The translations under genes were made by a program, and so were the position numbers. Shown piece by piece: positions 1-13,062 of a DNA stretch of 64,000 nt (position 1 is its first letter; every line of letters begins with the position of its first letter). The stretch is taken from NCBI GenBank assembly GCA_951406725.2, contig OX597815.1, positions 3,286,001 to 3,350,000 on the forward strand, in the 5' to 3' direction. Below the pieces are notes generated by a model that saw only the letters and a program-made list of their open reading frames with translations, was not told the DNA's origin and searched no databases. This DNA is from Octopus vulgaris. Taxonomy: Eukaryota.

Positions 1-102
1 ATAAATAAACCAACACCAGTTGCCAAACGATAGTGGGTGGAGAGACAAGCGCAAAGACACACACACATACGTATATCTATCTATCTATCTATCTATCTAT
101 CT

Positions 103-191
<89 letters not shown>

Positions 192-211
192 TATATACAT
201 ATATATATATA

Positions 212-440
212 TTTTTCTTTCTTACCCACAAGGGGCTAAACACAGAGGGGACAAACAAGGACAGACAAACGGATTAAGTCGAATACATCGACCCCAGTGC
301 GCAGCTGGTTCTTATTTGATCTCCCCCGAAAGGATGAAAGGCAAAGTCGACCTCGGCGGGATTTGAACTCAGAACGTAGCGGCAGACGAAATACCGCTTA
401 GCATTTCGCCTGGCGTGCTAACGATTCTGCCAGCTCGCCG
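212..440 (-). mobile_element. tRNA-derived SINE family C
   Basis: Head GGCGAGCTGGCAGAATCGTTAG, B-box GAGTTCAAAT, core GTCGACTTTGCCTTTCATCCTTTCGGGG. Confidence 0.8.
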
Positions 441-564
441 TCTTTATAAATTCGTTTATAGTACCACAACCCTTGATAGAGACCATCCCTTAAACTGTGA
501 TAGGGATAAACGGAATTTTAAGCGAGATGTCAACCATCTGGTTAATATCACACCGTTGGCCCCA

Positions 565-566
<2 letters not shown>

Positions 567-650
<84 letters not shown>

Positions 651-1440
651 ATAATCCCAAAACAGCAACGCTACATCCCTGTCATCAGCTAAGAAGGGAG
701 ATGCTGCACTGTTGCTTGATCTGCTAGATAAAGCAGCTAAAAACAAGGCGAGGGAGAAAATGAAGAGCACATTGGAGATGGTAGTATTCGATAGGCAATG
801 TCTGAAGGGAAATGCTGGGTGGTCACGGATGGAACGTCTTTGATCGGAGAAGATGGCGGCTGACCTGAGACTAAATGTCAGCACCACTACTACCAAAACA
901 ACTCCATTATCAACACCACAACCAGCACCACTACCACTACCACAACCCATAGTAACACCATTACTATCATCCCCAGCGACCACACCACTACAACCGCCAC
1001 CACTACTGCCAGTAGCAGCAGAGGCACCACCGCCACCGCCATCGCCACCACCAGCACCACCGCCACCGTCGCAGCCACCACCGCAGTTACCACCACCTCC
1101 ACCGCCGCAACCACCACCACCACCTCCGCCGCCACCATCAGCACCATCACCACCACCGCCACCACCGTCACCACCACCACCACCACCACCACCGCCATCG
1201 CCACCATTACCACCACCAACACCGCCACCACCACCACCACCACCATCACCACAACCACCATCACCACCGCCGCCACCACCACTACCACCGCCGCCACCAC
1301 AACCACCACCGCCACCACCATGACCGCCGCGACCACCACCACCACCACCACCACCACCACCACCACCACCACTACCACCACCACCACCGCCACCGCCACA
1401 ACCACCACCACCACCGCCACCACCGCCACCACCTACAACA
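567..1440. repeat. (CTG)n(TTG)n and degenerate (CCA)n microsatellites
   Basis: Visible in sequence. Confidence 0.9.
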
Positions 1441-1850
1441 ACAAGGAAACATATTATTACGAGCGAGAATAATTTCTGCTTCGTCTCAAGCGACATTTTG
1501 ATTTTTACTTGTTTCTAATTAGTTAATGGTCCCAGGAGGGTAGAGACTAGTCTGCCTGTCTGTGCGTCACGTGCGGCATTCCTTAATTCACATCTCTTTG
1601 ATTTGGTGTGATTCTAGACACAAGAATCTAAAGTAGCCATATTTTAGTTCTTAGAGAACCATAATGAAGTCGCGTCTAAGTGATCATTTAAACTGCTAGA
1701 AATAGCAGTCAAATTTCATCAAATCCCATTCTGTAGTTTTAGATGTTACATAATGTGATAAGACGGGAAGGTCATGGCTAGAATTCCTTTGATCATAGGG
1801 CTGCTTAGTCGGAGCTTGACCCATGCTAAACAACAACAGTAACAGCACTA

Positions 1851-2270
1851 GAGGCCCAATGGCCCAGTGGTTAGGGCAGCGGACTCGCGGTCGGAAGATC
1901 GCGGTTTCGATTCCCAGACCGAGCGTTGTGAGTGTTTATTGAGCGAAAACACCTAAAGCTCCACGAGGCTCCGGCAGGGGGTGGTGGCGACCCCTGTTGT
2001 ACTCTTTCGCTCCAACTTTCTCTCACTCTTCCTTCCTGTTTCTTGTCCCCGACTTCCTACGCAACCGCTGAGCCTGGATGCGCATTCATCCATCCGTTGA
2101 TGCTCTCGGTGTCGGGGGTTGACCTGCTCTCTCTTCTGCGGGTCTTACGAATAGCAAAGGACCACGTATCGGACTTCTCCCACTACAGACAATCCTGAGG
2201 CGCGATCTTGCGAGCTCTGGGACGAAGACCGCTTCGCTCAACAAACAAATAAACAAACAAGCAACAACAG
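1851..2270 (+). mobile_element. tRNA-derived SINE family A
   Basis: A-box TGGCCCAGTGG and B-box-like GGTTTCGATTCC. Head recurs at 3164, 3410, 20189 and 53880. Confidence 0.8.
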
Positions 2271-2322
2271 CAACAGCACCAATTATAAGAATAACCACAG
2301 CAACCTCCACCCTGACCACACC

Positions 2323-2356
<34 letters not shown>

Positions 2357-3163
2357 AAATCACAAAGTCTGCAGGAATGGCAACAAATCTTCAGAATGCG
2401 AGGAGTGGATGAGATACAAGGAAAGGGAGAGGATTATCTGTTGAATGCGATTAAAGGGGATTTTTTTAGGAAGTTTATTAAATCAATACCAAAAGGCAAT
2501 ATTGATCTCCAACACAACGTCGAGGTTGTGTAAGAACACCGAATACTGCGTTATTTCCTTTGAGAGGATCTCTCATGAGGACTCGTGGTGCATAAATACG
2601 CACATAATTAGATCGTTGACAAATCCAAAGCAAGGGGAAATCACGTGATCTGGCAGTTCAGGCGGATCGTAGAAGACGTTTCTCGTCTGTCAACGATATA
2701 ACCACGAGTGCTCTTACGCACCACGCTCTCCTGATGAGGGATCTTATGAAAGGAAATGACACCGGTGAAGGGGTTCGTTGTGTTTGGAGTAAAATATCAA
2801 TAAATACTTTTGAACTGAACTGTATTGAGTCATTGAATCAGATCGAACAGCTTGAGTTACCTTCCCACCTTTTACTTGTTTCACTCATTGGATTGCGGCC
2901 ATGCTGGGGCACCGCACTCAAGGATTTTAGTCGAGCGAATTGACCCCAGTACTTTTTCCGTTTTATTTATTTATTATTATTTTTGTTTTTGGTTAATGTG
3001 GTGCTTATTCTAACACACTCTTTAGCCGAACTGCTAGCTTACGGAGAAGTAAACAAACCAACACCGGTTGTCAAGCGGTGATACGGATAAACGAAAACAC
3101 ACACACAAATATATATATTTTTAACAAACTTATTCTTATATTATATTATATATATACATATAT

Positions 3164-3410
3164 GTTAGGGCAGCGGACTCGCGGCTGTAGGGTCACGGTT
3201 TCGATTCCCAGACCGGGCGTTGTGAGTGTTTATTGCCTGCTAAGCAAGCCAACAGAAGAAAGTTGTGGTGAAAGAGAACAGCAGGGATCGCTACCACCCC
3301 CTGCCGGAACAGCAGGTGTTTTCGCTCAATAAACACTCATAACGCCCGGTCTGGGAATCGAAACCGTGACCCTACAGCCGCGAGTCCGCTGCCCTAACCA
3401 CTGCGCCTCC
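3164..3410. mobile_element. two SINE A heads in inverted orientation
   Basis: 3164-3235 on plus and 3236-3410 on minus. Confidence 0.75.
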
Positions 3411-3654
3411 AGATGTATGTGTAATATATAATACAATATAAGAATCAGTTTGTTAAAAATATATATATTTGTGTGTGTGTTTTCGTTTATCCATATCACC
3501 GCTTGACGAAAGGTGCTGGTTTGTTTACCTCCCCGTAAGCTAGCAGTTCGGCTAAAGAGGGTGTTAGAATAAGCACCACAGTAACCAAAAAAAATTTTAA
3601 GGTAAAATTATAAATGAGAGCAAATAAAATATATATATATATATATTATTTTAG

Positions 3655-3936
3655 TCTTTTACTTGTTTCAGTCGTTTAACTATGGCCATACTGCAGCACT
3701 GCCTTTAGTCGAACAAGTCGACCAGGGACTAATTCTTTATAAGCCTAGTACTTATTCTATCGGTCTTTTTTGCCGAACCGCTAAGTTACGGGGACGTAAA
3801 CACATCAATATCTGTTGTCAAACGATGGTGGGGGGACAAATACAGACCCACAAATACATACATGCATACATACACACACACAAACACACACATATACATG
3901 TATATATATATATATATACAAATATATATATACATA

Positions 3937-3973
<37 letters not shown>

Positions 3974-3997
3974 TAATATATATATATATATGTATAA

Positions 3998-4093
<96 letters not shown>

Positions 4094-4257
4094 GACGAGC
4101 TTCTTTCAGTTTCCGTCTACCAAATCCACTCGCAAGGCTTTGATCGACTCGAAGCTATAGTAGGAGACACTTGCTCAAGGTGCCATGCAATGGAACTGAA
4201 CTCGAGACCCTGTGGTAGCGAAGCGAGCTTTTTAAACTCACGGTAATGCCCGCGCCT
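3655..4257 (-). mobile_element. tRNA-derived SINE family B (internal (TA)n/(TG)n)
   Basis: Shared blocks GCGGCCATGCTGG, GAACCGCTAAGTTACGGG, TTCAGTTTCCGTCTACCAAATCCACT. Confidence 0.75.
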
Positions 4258-4534
4258 TTGTTTCCTTAATTTGCTTAATTAATTAAATTAGGATGGAGCA
4301 AGACTCACTACATCATGTGGTACGATAATGAAAGTAGTAGAGCGTCCGATTAAATGTCTGACAAAGTTTAGTTGCGTCTCTTTACGACTTGGGTTCAAAT
4401 CCCACGGGTTTACTTTGACCTCTCTCTCTCTCTCTCTCTCTCTTCCTCTCTTCCTTTCTCTCCCTCTCTTTACCCCTCGCCACTCTTCTGGTCAGTCTGG
4501 TCAATAACACAAATACCAGGATGTAAAAGACAAC

Positions 4535-4552
4535 GACGCCACCTGGTGGTAG
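4535..4552 (-). promoter_or_regulatory. candidate CTCF site
   Basis: CCACCAGGTGGCG matches the CTCF core consensus. Motif match only. Confidence 0.45.
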
Positions 4553-4589
4553 AATAAAGAATTAACTAGATTATTAATAATGATATCAA

Positions 4590-4795
4590 TTTTTTGCTCA
4601 AGACCAGCACATTTTGAGGGGAAGGGGAGTCGATTACATTGACCCCCAGTAGAAAACTGGTGCATATTTTATCCTCCTCAAAAGGATGAGAGGAAAAGTC
4701 AACCTCGGCTGAATTTGAACTCAGAAAGTAAAGACGGACGAAATGCCACTAAGCATTTTGTCCGACGCGCCGACGATTCTGGCAACTGGCCGTCT
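4590..4795 (-). mobile_element. SINE C, diverged
   Basis: Family blocks. Confidence 0.65.
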
Positions 4796-5825
4796 TAAAT
4801 AAAGCTACAGAGAATAGCATGTATATGTTAGAGGAAATCCTTTGGATACAAAATGTGGAAGGCTGTCTGCGGGACACGAAGCCACGAGTATGTGTGTTTC
4901 TATGAGAGAGAGAGAATGAGAGAGAGGGGAAGCGAGGGAGAGAAAGAGAGAGAGAGAGAGCGAGGGACTCTACGTGTAAACAACAATTTCTTAGCGTCCA
5001 CCATTCTAAGTAATCCATTATCGCTACCAGCGATTATTCACATTTCTTGAAGTTTCCAAACCAAAACACCGCCACACATCGCTGACTCCAAGCCAGAAAA
5101 CATGTTGGTTCTAAAAGCCTCAACTGGTGCATTCTCTTTAATTGTCTTCCAATTTTTACTGTTATTTTATTCCGTTTTCTCTTCCGCCAAACGTTTCTAT
5201 TCCTTGTAGTGATTTTTACGATACACATATTTTACCATTTCCCAAGAGTTCGTTGGTTCTAACAGTCTGACCTTTGTTCATTTTTGTTTGTAATATTTCC
5301 AGGCTTTCAGCCTTAGATTATTGTCTTTGAAGAATTTTGCTGTTTTTCCATCCCAATTATTTTCCCCCACTTGTCTCCTTTAACATTCTACGATGCATTT
5401 TTCGCTCGGCCATCGAAAACTGCAAATCTGTGAAGAATTTTTCCTTTGATTTGTTAAGCGAATATAAATGGATTTGTTCTAGCATAGCACTGACTTTTAG
5501 TCGGATAGATTCCACATTTTTATGCTTGTTTGTTCGGCATAAAAACATCGGTGCTATCTGGTAATGAAGAATGGCATGGAGTCAAAGACGACATATCTGA
5601 CCTTCGCAACACATCACCGATCAAAATTGGCCTCTGTTTATTTCATGCGCCAGCTAAATGCAGCATGTTCCCTCTGCGCCGCATTTAAAAACATAAGTGC
5701 AAGATTCTGTTCTCTGTTAAATATTCCAAACCATAGACTTCTTAGTTACGTTTTAAATATTCCTGGGTTTTATATATTTATTTAGTTTATTTATTTATTT
5801 GTTTATTTTTGTATTTATTTATTAC

Positions 5826-5972
5826 CGTGTGGTTCAGAAGCATGTTCTTCAACCATACGGTTTTGTGTTCAATCCCACTGCACGGCACCTTGGGTCATTG
5901 TTTTCTACTATTACCATGGACCGAACAGTGTCTGAGTGAAAATGACAGACGAAAACTGTGTGGAAGCCTGCC

Positions 5973-5975
<3 letters not shown>
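5826..5975 (+). mobile_element. SINE B 5' half, diverged
   Basis: Similarity to the other copies. Confidence 0.6.
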
Positions 5976-6069
<94 letters not shown>

Positions 6070-6128
6070 GATATAAATGAAATAAGTATAAAAATGAACA
6101 TTGTCAATTTAATTTTTAAAATTCCATA

Positions 6129-6216
6129 TGTGGCTGAAGAGTGCTCTACATTTTAAAACTGATGTAATACTTACATTGTTTAATTAAATGAAGTAGCATG
6201 AAACGATTGTACTACA
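6129..6216 (+). ncRNA. type I hammerhead motif
   Basis: TGTGG-CTGAAGA-GTGCT..AGCAT-GAAA-CGATTG-TA^CTACA. Confidence 0.68.
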
Positions 6217-6250
6217 CTACCTTTGGATATCCTTGTTGCTTATTTTGATT

Positions 6251-6314
<64 letters not shown>

Positions 6315-6319
6315 ATCTT

Positions 6320-6702
6320 TCCTTTCACTTGCATCAGTCATTATACTGTGACCATGCTGGGGCACCGTCTTGAAGAAACTTAGTCGAATGAATCGACACC
6401 AGGTTTTCTTTTTAAGTCTGGTATTTATTCTATCGGTTACTTTTGCCGAACCGCTGTGTTACGGGAGTTGCCCTTCTTAAGATTTTATGATTACATTTAT
6501 AAAATTTAATACTTAGTATGAATTTTTACTTAATTGGCTTTTACATGCGACTTGATAAAAAATCCGATATAAATCTTATCATTGATTATAATTGATGTAA
6601 GTATTTCCGTTTCTGTCTTCTAAATCCACTGGCAAAGCTTCGGAATGAACCCGGAATCATGTGGGCTGGAAAGCAAGCTTATAACCACACAGCCACGCCT
6701 GG
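6320..6702 (-). mobile_element. SINE B, interrupted
   Basis: Family blocks at both ends. Confidence 0.6.
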
Positions 6703-6944
6703 GCCTTTAGAATACCGTTATAGATTTGCTTCGGTCAACAGTTTGTGTTACTTCGAGTGTAAATAATGAATCTGTAGTAAAGTTGTGGAGAGTAAAACAG
6801 GAACACAAACATACGGCGGACATATTGTTTGCTATCGTCGTAACATACGACGTTAAGAAAAATCTATTGATATGTTCTGCAGTATATTATAACAGCAATG
6901 CTTATACACACATACATACATGATGCGTTAAGCATACACATGCC

Positions 6945-7020
<76 letters not shown>

Positions 7021-7040
7021 CATGTATACATACATACTTC

Positions 7041-7074
<34 letters not shown>

Positions 7075-8022
7075 CTTCCTCGCCACACCCGATCGGAAGG
7101 CTGGTCCGTCTCAGGGTGTGCCCATTTACAGCTGGGTGGACTGTGGAGGACTGCTCTAGAACAAAAACGCGCCGCTCGCCCCGGGACCGCGCGACTGTGA
7201 GTACCACACCCATACCACTGCCCCCCCCCCACACACACACACGCACAAAAACATGCACACAAGCACCACCCCCCACTCACACGCACACTCACACACAGAC
7301 ACCCACACATACGCAAACATACACATACAGACACACACACACACAATCACACATACACACGCACGCACAGACACGCACACACAAAAGCACACACGTAAAC
7401 ACACACATACCCACAAAAACGCACATACACACACACACATCCAAACATGCACACACACACACACACACACAAATGCGCACACTCACACACACTCCTACAC
7501 ACACACATGACCGCGTACCCGGCTTTACAACAGCCCCTCACATTCACACACCAAGATATAAACCTCGGACATCTGGTTACGCCAACAGAATTAAGTTGGA
7601 TTGTTTTTAGGGTTATGTTTTACTGTTTGTTTTGTTATGTTTTCCTTTTAAGGAAAAAATGTCGAAGTTTCTTTGAACTAATATAAAAAAACAACGTGTG
7701 TGTTTTATGTGTGTATATATGTGTATGAGTGTATACATATATATATATACACACACTTAGAATCATGTATGGATTGTATGTATGTATATACATGCAGCCA
7801 TGGATTGTGGGTCTTAGTGAGGTGTGCGTGTGTACATCTGGCACACCCTATACATGCACACATATAAAATTATGCATGTGTATGTATGTATATACATATA
7901 TATACATACACACAGTACGCACGCACATGCACAAAAACACACACACACACATATATGTATGTATGCATGTATGTATGTATGTATGAATGTATGTATGTAT
8001 GTATGGATGGATGTATGCATGT

Positions 8023-8106
<84 letters not shown>

Positions 8107-8189
8107 GTGTGTGTGTGTGGATGTGAATGTCCCACGATTAATGTGTATATACATAAACGTACATAAGCTAAAAAGCACAAGAAAAACGA

Positions 8190-8219
8190 ATAACAATATT
8201 AATAATAAAAATAATAACC

Positions 8220-8255
<36 letters not shown>

Positions 8256-8276
8256 TTAATAATAAAAATAATAACC

Positions 8277-8313
<37 letters not shown>

Positions 8314-8372
8314 TAATAATAATAACAATAATAATAATAACAATAACAATAATAATAATAATAATAATAACC

Positions 8373-8433
<61 letters not shown>

Positions 8434-8489
8434 TAACAATAATAATAATAATAATAATAATAACCATAATAATAATAATAATAATAACC

Positions 8490-8529
<40 letters not shown>

Positions 8530-8582
8530 TAACAATAATAATAATAATAATAATAACCATAATAATAATAATAATAATAACC

Positions 8583-8622
<40 letters not shown>

Positions 8623-8626
8623 TAAC

Positions 8627-8659
<33 letters not shown>

Positions 8660-8684
8660 CATAATAATAATAATAATAATAACC

Positions 8685-8721
<37 letters not shown>

Positions 8722-8750
8722 TAACAATAATAATAATAATAATAATAACC

Positions 8751-8787
<37 letters not shown>

Positions 8788-8840
8788 TGATGATAATAAT
8801 AATAATAATAATAATAATGATGATGATGATGATGATGATG
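8190..8840. repeat. (AAT)n with AAC/CAT interruptions, then (GAT)n
   Basis: Visible in sequence. Confidence 0.95.
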
Positions 8841-9011
8841 CCGTTGCTCGTTGGCTATTGAAGTTATCGATTTCCTATTCGCTTCCAAGGTTTTAAACAT
8901 TTAATTAATATCTTAGAGATTTTCTATAACACACCATTAAAGGTGGATTTCTACCTCGTCTTAGGTAGGTATTAACGTGTTACAACCACACAAGCACGTA
9001 CAGATATATAT

Positions 9012-9103
<92 letters not shown>

Positions 9104-9128
9104 CATATATACATATATACACACACAC

Positions 9129-9165
<37 letters not shown>

Positions 9166-9200
9166 CACACACACATAAATACATACATCATGCATGCATG

Positions 9201-9234
<34 letters not shown>

Positions 9235-9243
9235 TATATACAT

Positions 9244-9338
<95 letters not shown>

Positions 9339-9605
9339 TGTATTTATTTATGTGTGTGTGTGTATAGGTGCACGCGTGTGTCTTTGTGCATCCTATACAT
9401 GACGTAGTTTGTGTTTGTCTCGTCCAATTTAGCGTGTTACTAACCATAATGAACCAAGTCGGAAGTCCGACATGTTGTGTGTAAATATTTCATCACGAAC
9501 ATATGTTGTGTGCTTTCCCTACCAAGTAACAGCTGATAATACAACCAGCCGCTTTTCTCCCCCTCTGCCACAGCTCGCACCTAGACTGTTGCATGCTCAT
9601 GCATG

Positions 9606-9678
<73 letters not shown>

Positions 9679-9737
9679 GTCTGTCTATATGTCTGTCTAT
9701 CTATCTATTATCTATCTATCTATTTATCTATCTATAC

Positions 9738-9922
<185 letters not shown>

Positions 9923-10132
9923 TATATATATATATATATAAGGGATTATTATAGATAACAAGTCAATAAGACTTACGTAATCAACTTCACAAGCTTACAG
10001 CTGTCTCTGCTATATGGTGCAGTACAGAGCTGAGTGCTCGTGTATCACCTTTTAAGCTTCCTCAGAGCCTCTAAAATAAAGTGTGAGTTTATTTTTAAAT
10101 GCTTTCCCAAATAAACTTGCACTTCATTATGG

Positions 10133-10211
10133 AAGCTCTGAGGATGCTATAAGTTATTGCACAAGCACCTAGCTCTGCACTGCATGATATAGCAGAAACA
10201 GCTGCAAGCTT
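10133..10211 (+). ncRNA. degenerate hammerhead (GUA to GCA); inverted partner at about 9991-10068 has GAAA to GAGA
   Basis: AAGCT-CTGAGGA-TGCTAT..ATAGCA-GAAA-CAGCTG-CA-AGCTT. Confidence 0.6.
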
Positions 10212-10551
10212 ATGAAGCTGATGTCGTAATTCCTGCATCCTTGTGATTTATTTAATTTCCTTTTACATTTTGTAATCGCCAAACGCTTTATTCTGAAGTT
10301 TATGTAAATGGAGTTTTAACACGAGGTTATTAGTATTGCTAGGCACAAGCAAAATCATTGCCATATATCTTATTTTAAGCAATGTAGACACTACTAGGGA
10401 CAATTGAATTTTTCCTTCATGGTTCTATATTGCATCTAGCTACCTGCGTTATTTTATAATCTCCACATTACCATTTCGCTGGATCATCCATTGATCTATG
10501 TGGTAAATACTCTATACCGATAGATAGGGTTTAGCTTAACCTTCAGCGATG

Positions 10552-10617
10552 GAGTGATCACTTCTGATGAGTTTCAATTCCAAGTGAAACCAGCTTGCTA
10601 GTATCGTGACCTCACTC
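10552..10617 (+). ncRNA. degenerate hammerhead-like motif
   Basis: TCACtt-CTGATGA-GTTT..AAGT-GAAA-CCAGCttGCTAG-TA-tcGTGA. Imperfect stems. Confidence 0.45.
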
Positions 10618-10774
10618 GCCATGGGGCAGTTAACTCCCCTGTCAGTACATAGACAAGGTGCTTTTTGTGACCCTCATGGTGTTTGACTGTTGTTGCTAGC
10701 ATGAAGGTGCTACTCCGCACCCTCAGTCACTACTTATGAATTTTCCAAAGAATCATTATCATTTCATGCCGTTG

Positions 10775-11085
10775 AATCATTTCGGTGATTAGACTGCGGC
10801 CATGCTGGGGCACCGCCTTGAAGAATTTTGTTTCTTTTCTTTTTTTAAGCTCGGTACATATTGTATCAGTCATTTTTGCCCAACCGCTAGGTTACTGGGA
10901 AATAAACACACCAACATTTGCTGTCAAAAGGTGGTAAGGGACAATAACAGACACAAAACACACACACATACGCATACACACACACGCACACACATACGCA
11001 CACGCACACACACAAACACACACACACACATATACCAAATCCACATCCACTCGCAAATCCACTCCAAGGATTTGGCCGTCCCGAA
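10775..11085 (-). mobile_element. SINE B, diverged
   Basis: Family blocks. Confidence 0.6.
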
Positions 11086-11238
11086 GCAACGTGAATAAAA
11101 TTAAAATAAGCAACAGGATATCAAGTAGTGATGCAGTATGACCGTTTCGAGCGACTCCATTTAATTGTTCGATTAAGTGAAGCCGCCTGAAACGGTCGTA
11201 CTGCATCGCTGTGGCTTATTCTGATTTTATACGCGCGC

Positions 11239-11291
<53 letters not shown>

Positions 11292-11409
11292 TATATATAT
11301 ACAAAGAGAGATAGAGACATGACGTTTATACCTATATTGCATACATACTAGCATACATGCATACACAGGTTCATACACTCACACATAGGCAATTAGAAAC
11401 ATATAGATT

Positions 11410-12311
11410 TAAATATGTATATACACACTTACATACTCGTACACATACATATACAGGCATACATACATGCATACATACGTACTTACGTGCACAAATACAA
11501 GCATATGTACTTATATACACATATATGTACATGCATGCACACGTACATACACGCGCACAGTAACACAGAAATATATTTACATACTCTCTCATTCATACCC
11601 AGACATACATACATACATAAACACATACATACACGCCCACACATACATGCATACATACATACATACATACGTACATACATACATACATACATACATACAT
11701 ACATACATAAACACATACATACACGCCCACACATACATGCATACATACACACATACATACGTACATACATACATACATACATACATACATACATAAACAC
11801 ATACATACACGCCCACACATGCATGCATACATACATACACACATACATACATACATACATACATGCATACATACATACATACGTACATACATACATGCAT
11901 ACATGCACACATATATGCATACATACATACATACATACATACATACACACATATATGTCTACATACATACATACATGCATACACCTATGCATACTTACAC
12001 ACATACATACATACATATATACATCCATACATACATACATACATACATACATACATACATACATACAATACATACATACATACATATATACATCCATACA
12101 TACATACACACATACATGCATACATACATACACAACTACATACATGATTACATACATACCTGCATGCATGCATACATTCAAACACATACAAACATACATA
12201 CATACATACATACATACATACATACATACACACATACATACATACATACATACACACATACATTACATACATACATACATACAAACATACATACATACAT
12301 ACACACATACA

Positions 12312-12342
<31 letters not shown>

Positions 12343-12385
12343 CATACATACATACATACATACATACATACACACATACATGCAT
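11410..12385. repeat. (ATAC)n degenerate
   Basis: Visible in sequence. Confidence 0.95.
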
Positions 12386-12842
12386 ACGAGTTTATGCCGT
12401 ATTCCGAATCTCGAGAGCAGCGAAAGACGATGAAAGACGACTTCGTGAACCCCTGTGAAAATATCTGAGTGGATACATATGCGTCGGTGCTACCCTTCCG
12501 GCCATTTTGCGCCAAGGGGCTGCGACGATTACAGGATGTGGAATTCATGTTTGAATAAAAGAGTTTTTTTTTTTCTCGGAATGACGACGCCTTGTGGCTG
12601 GACATTAGATAAATGACCAAAACGAACGACGACATGTTTTAATCGCTTGGCCGCTTCCCAAAGAGTCTGTTGTCCTGGCTTTGGCGCTCGCTTGCAAACC
12701 GTCGTTGCTTTTCAGAAATGACAACGAAAGACAGCGAATCGCTGCGAGACTGTGTCCACCGCCCGACGCTTACTACAACTAAGCCTCCTTCTCCTACTGC
12801 TACTGCAGCAGCTGCTGCTGCTGCTACTACTACTACTACTAC

Positions 12843-12915
<73 letters not shown>

Positions 12916-12986
12916 AAGAAGAAAAAGAAGAAGAATACCATCACCGTCACCACCATCCACCACTACTACTACTACCATCACCACCA

Positions 12987-13030
<44 letters not shown>

Positions 13031-13062
13031 CATCACCACCATCCACTACTAGTAGCATACTA

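Noticed and set aside
1851-1925. tRNA gene
   Set aside because: A/B boxes are present but no proper acceptor stem was seen, and it continues into a repeat body, so it is a SINE head.
5020-5760. Coding-like unique stretch
   Set aside because: Only short ORFs and no motif identified; possibly an old TE but unsupported.
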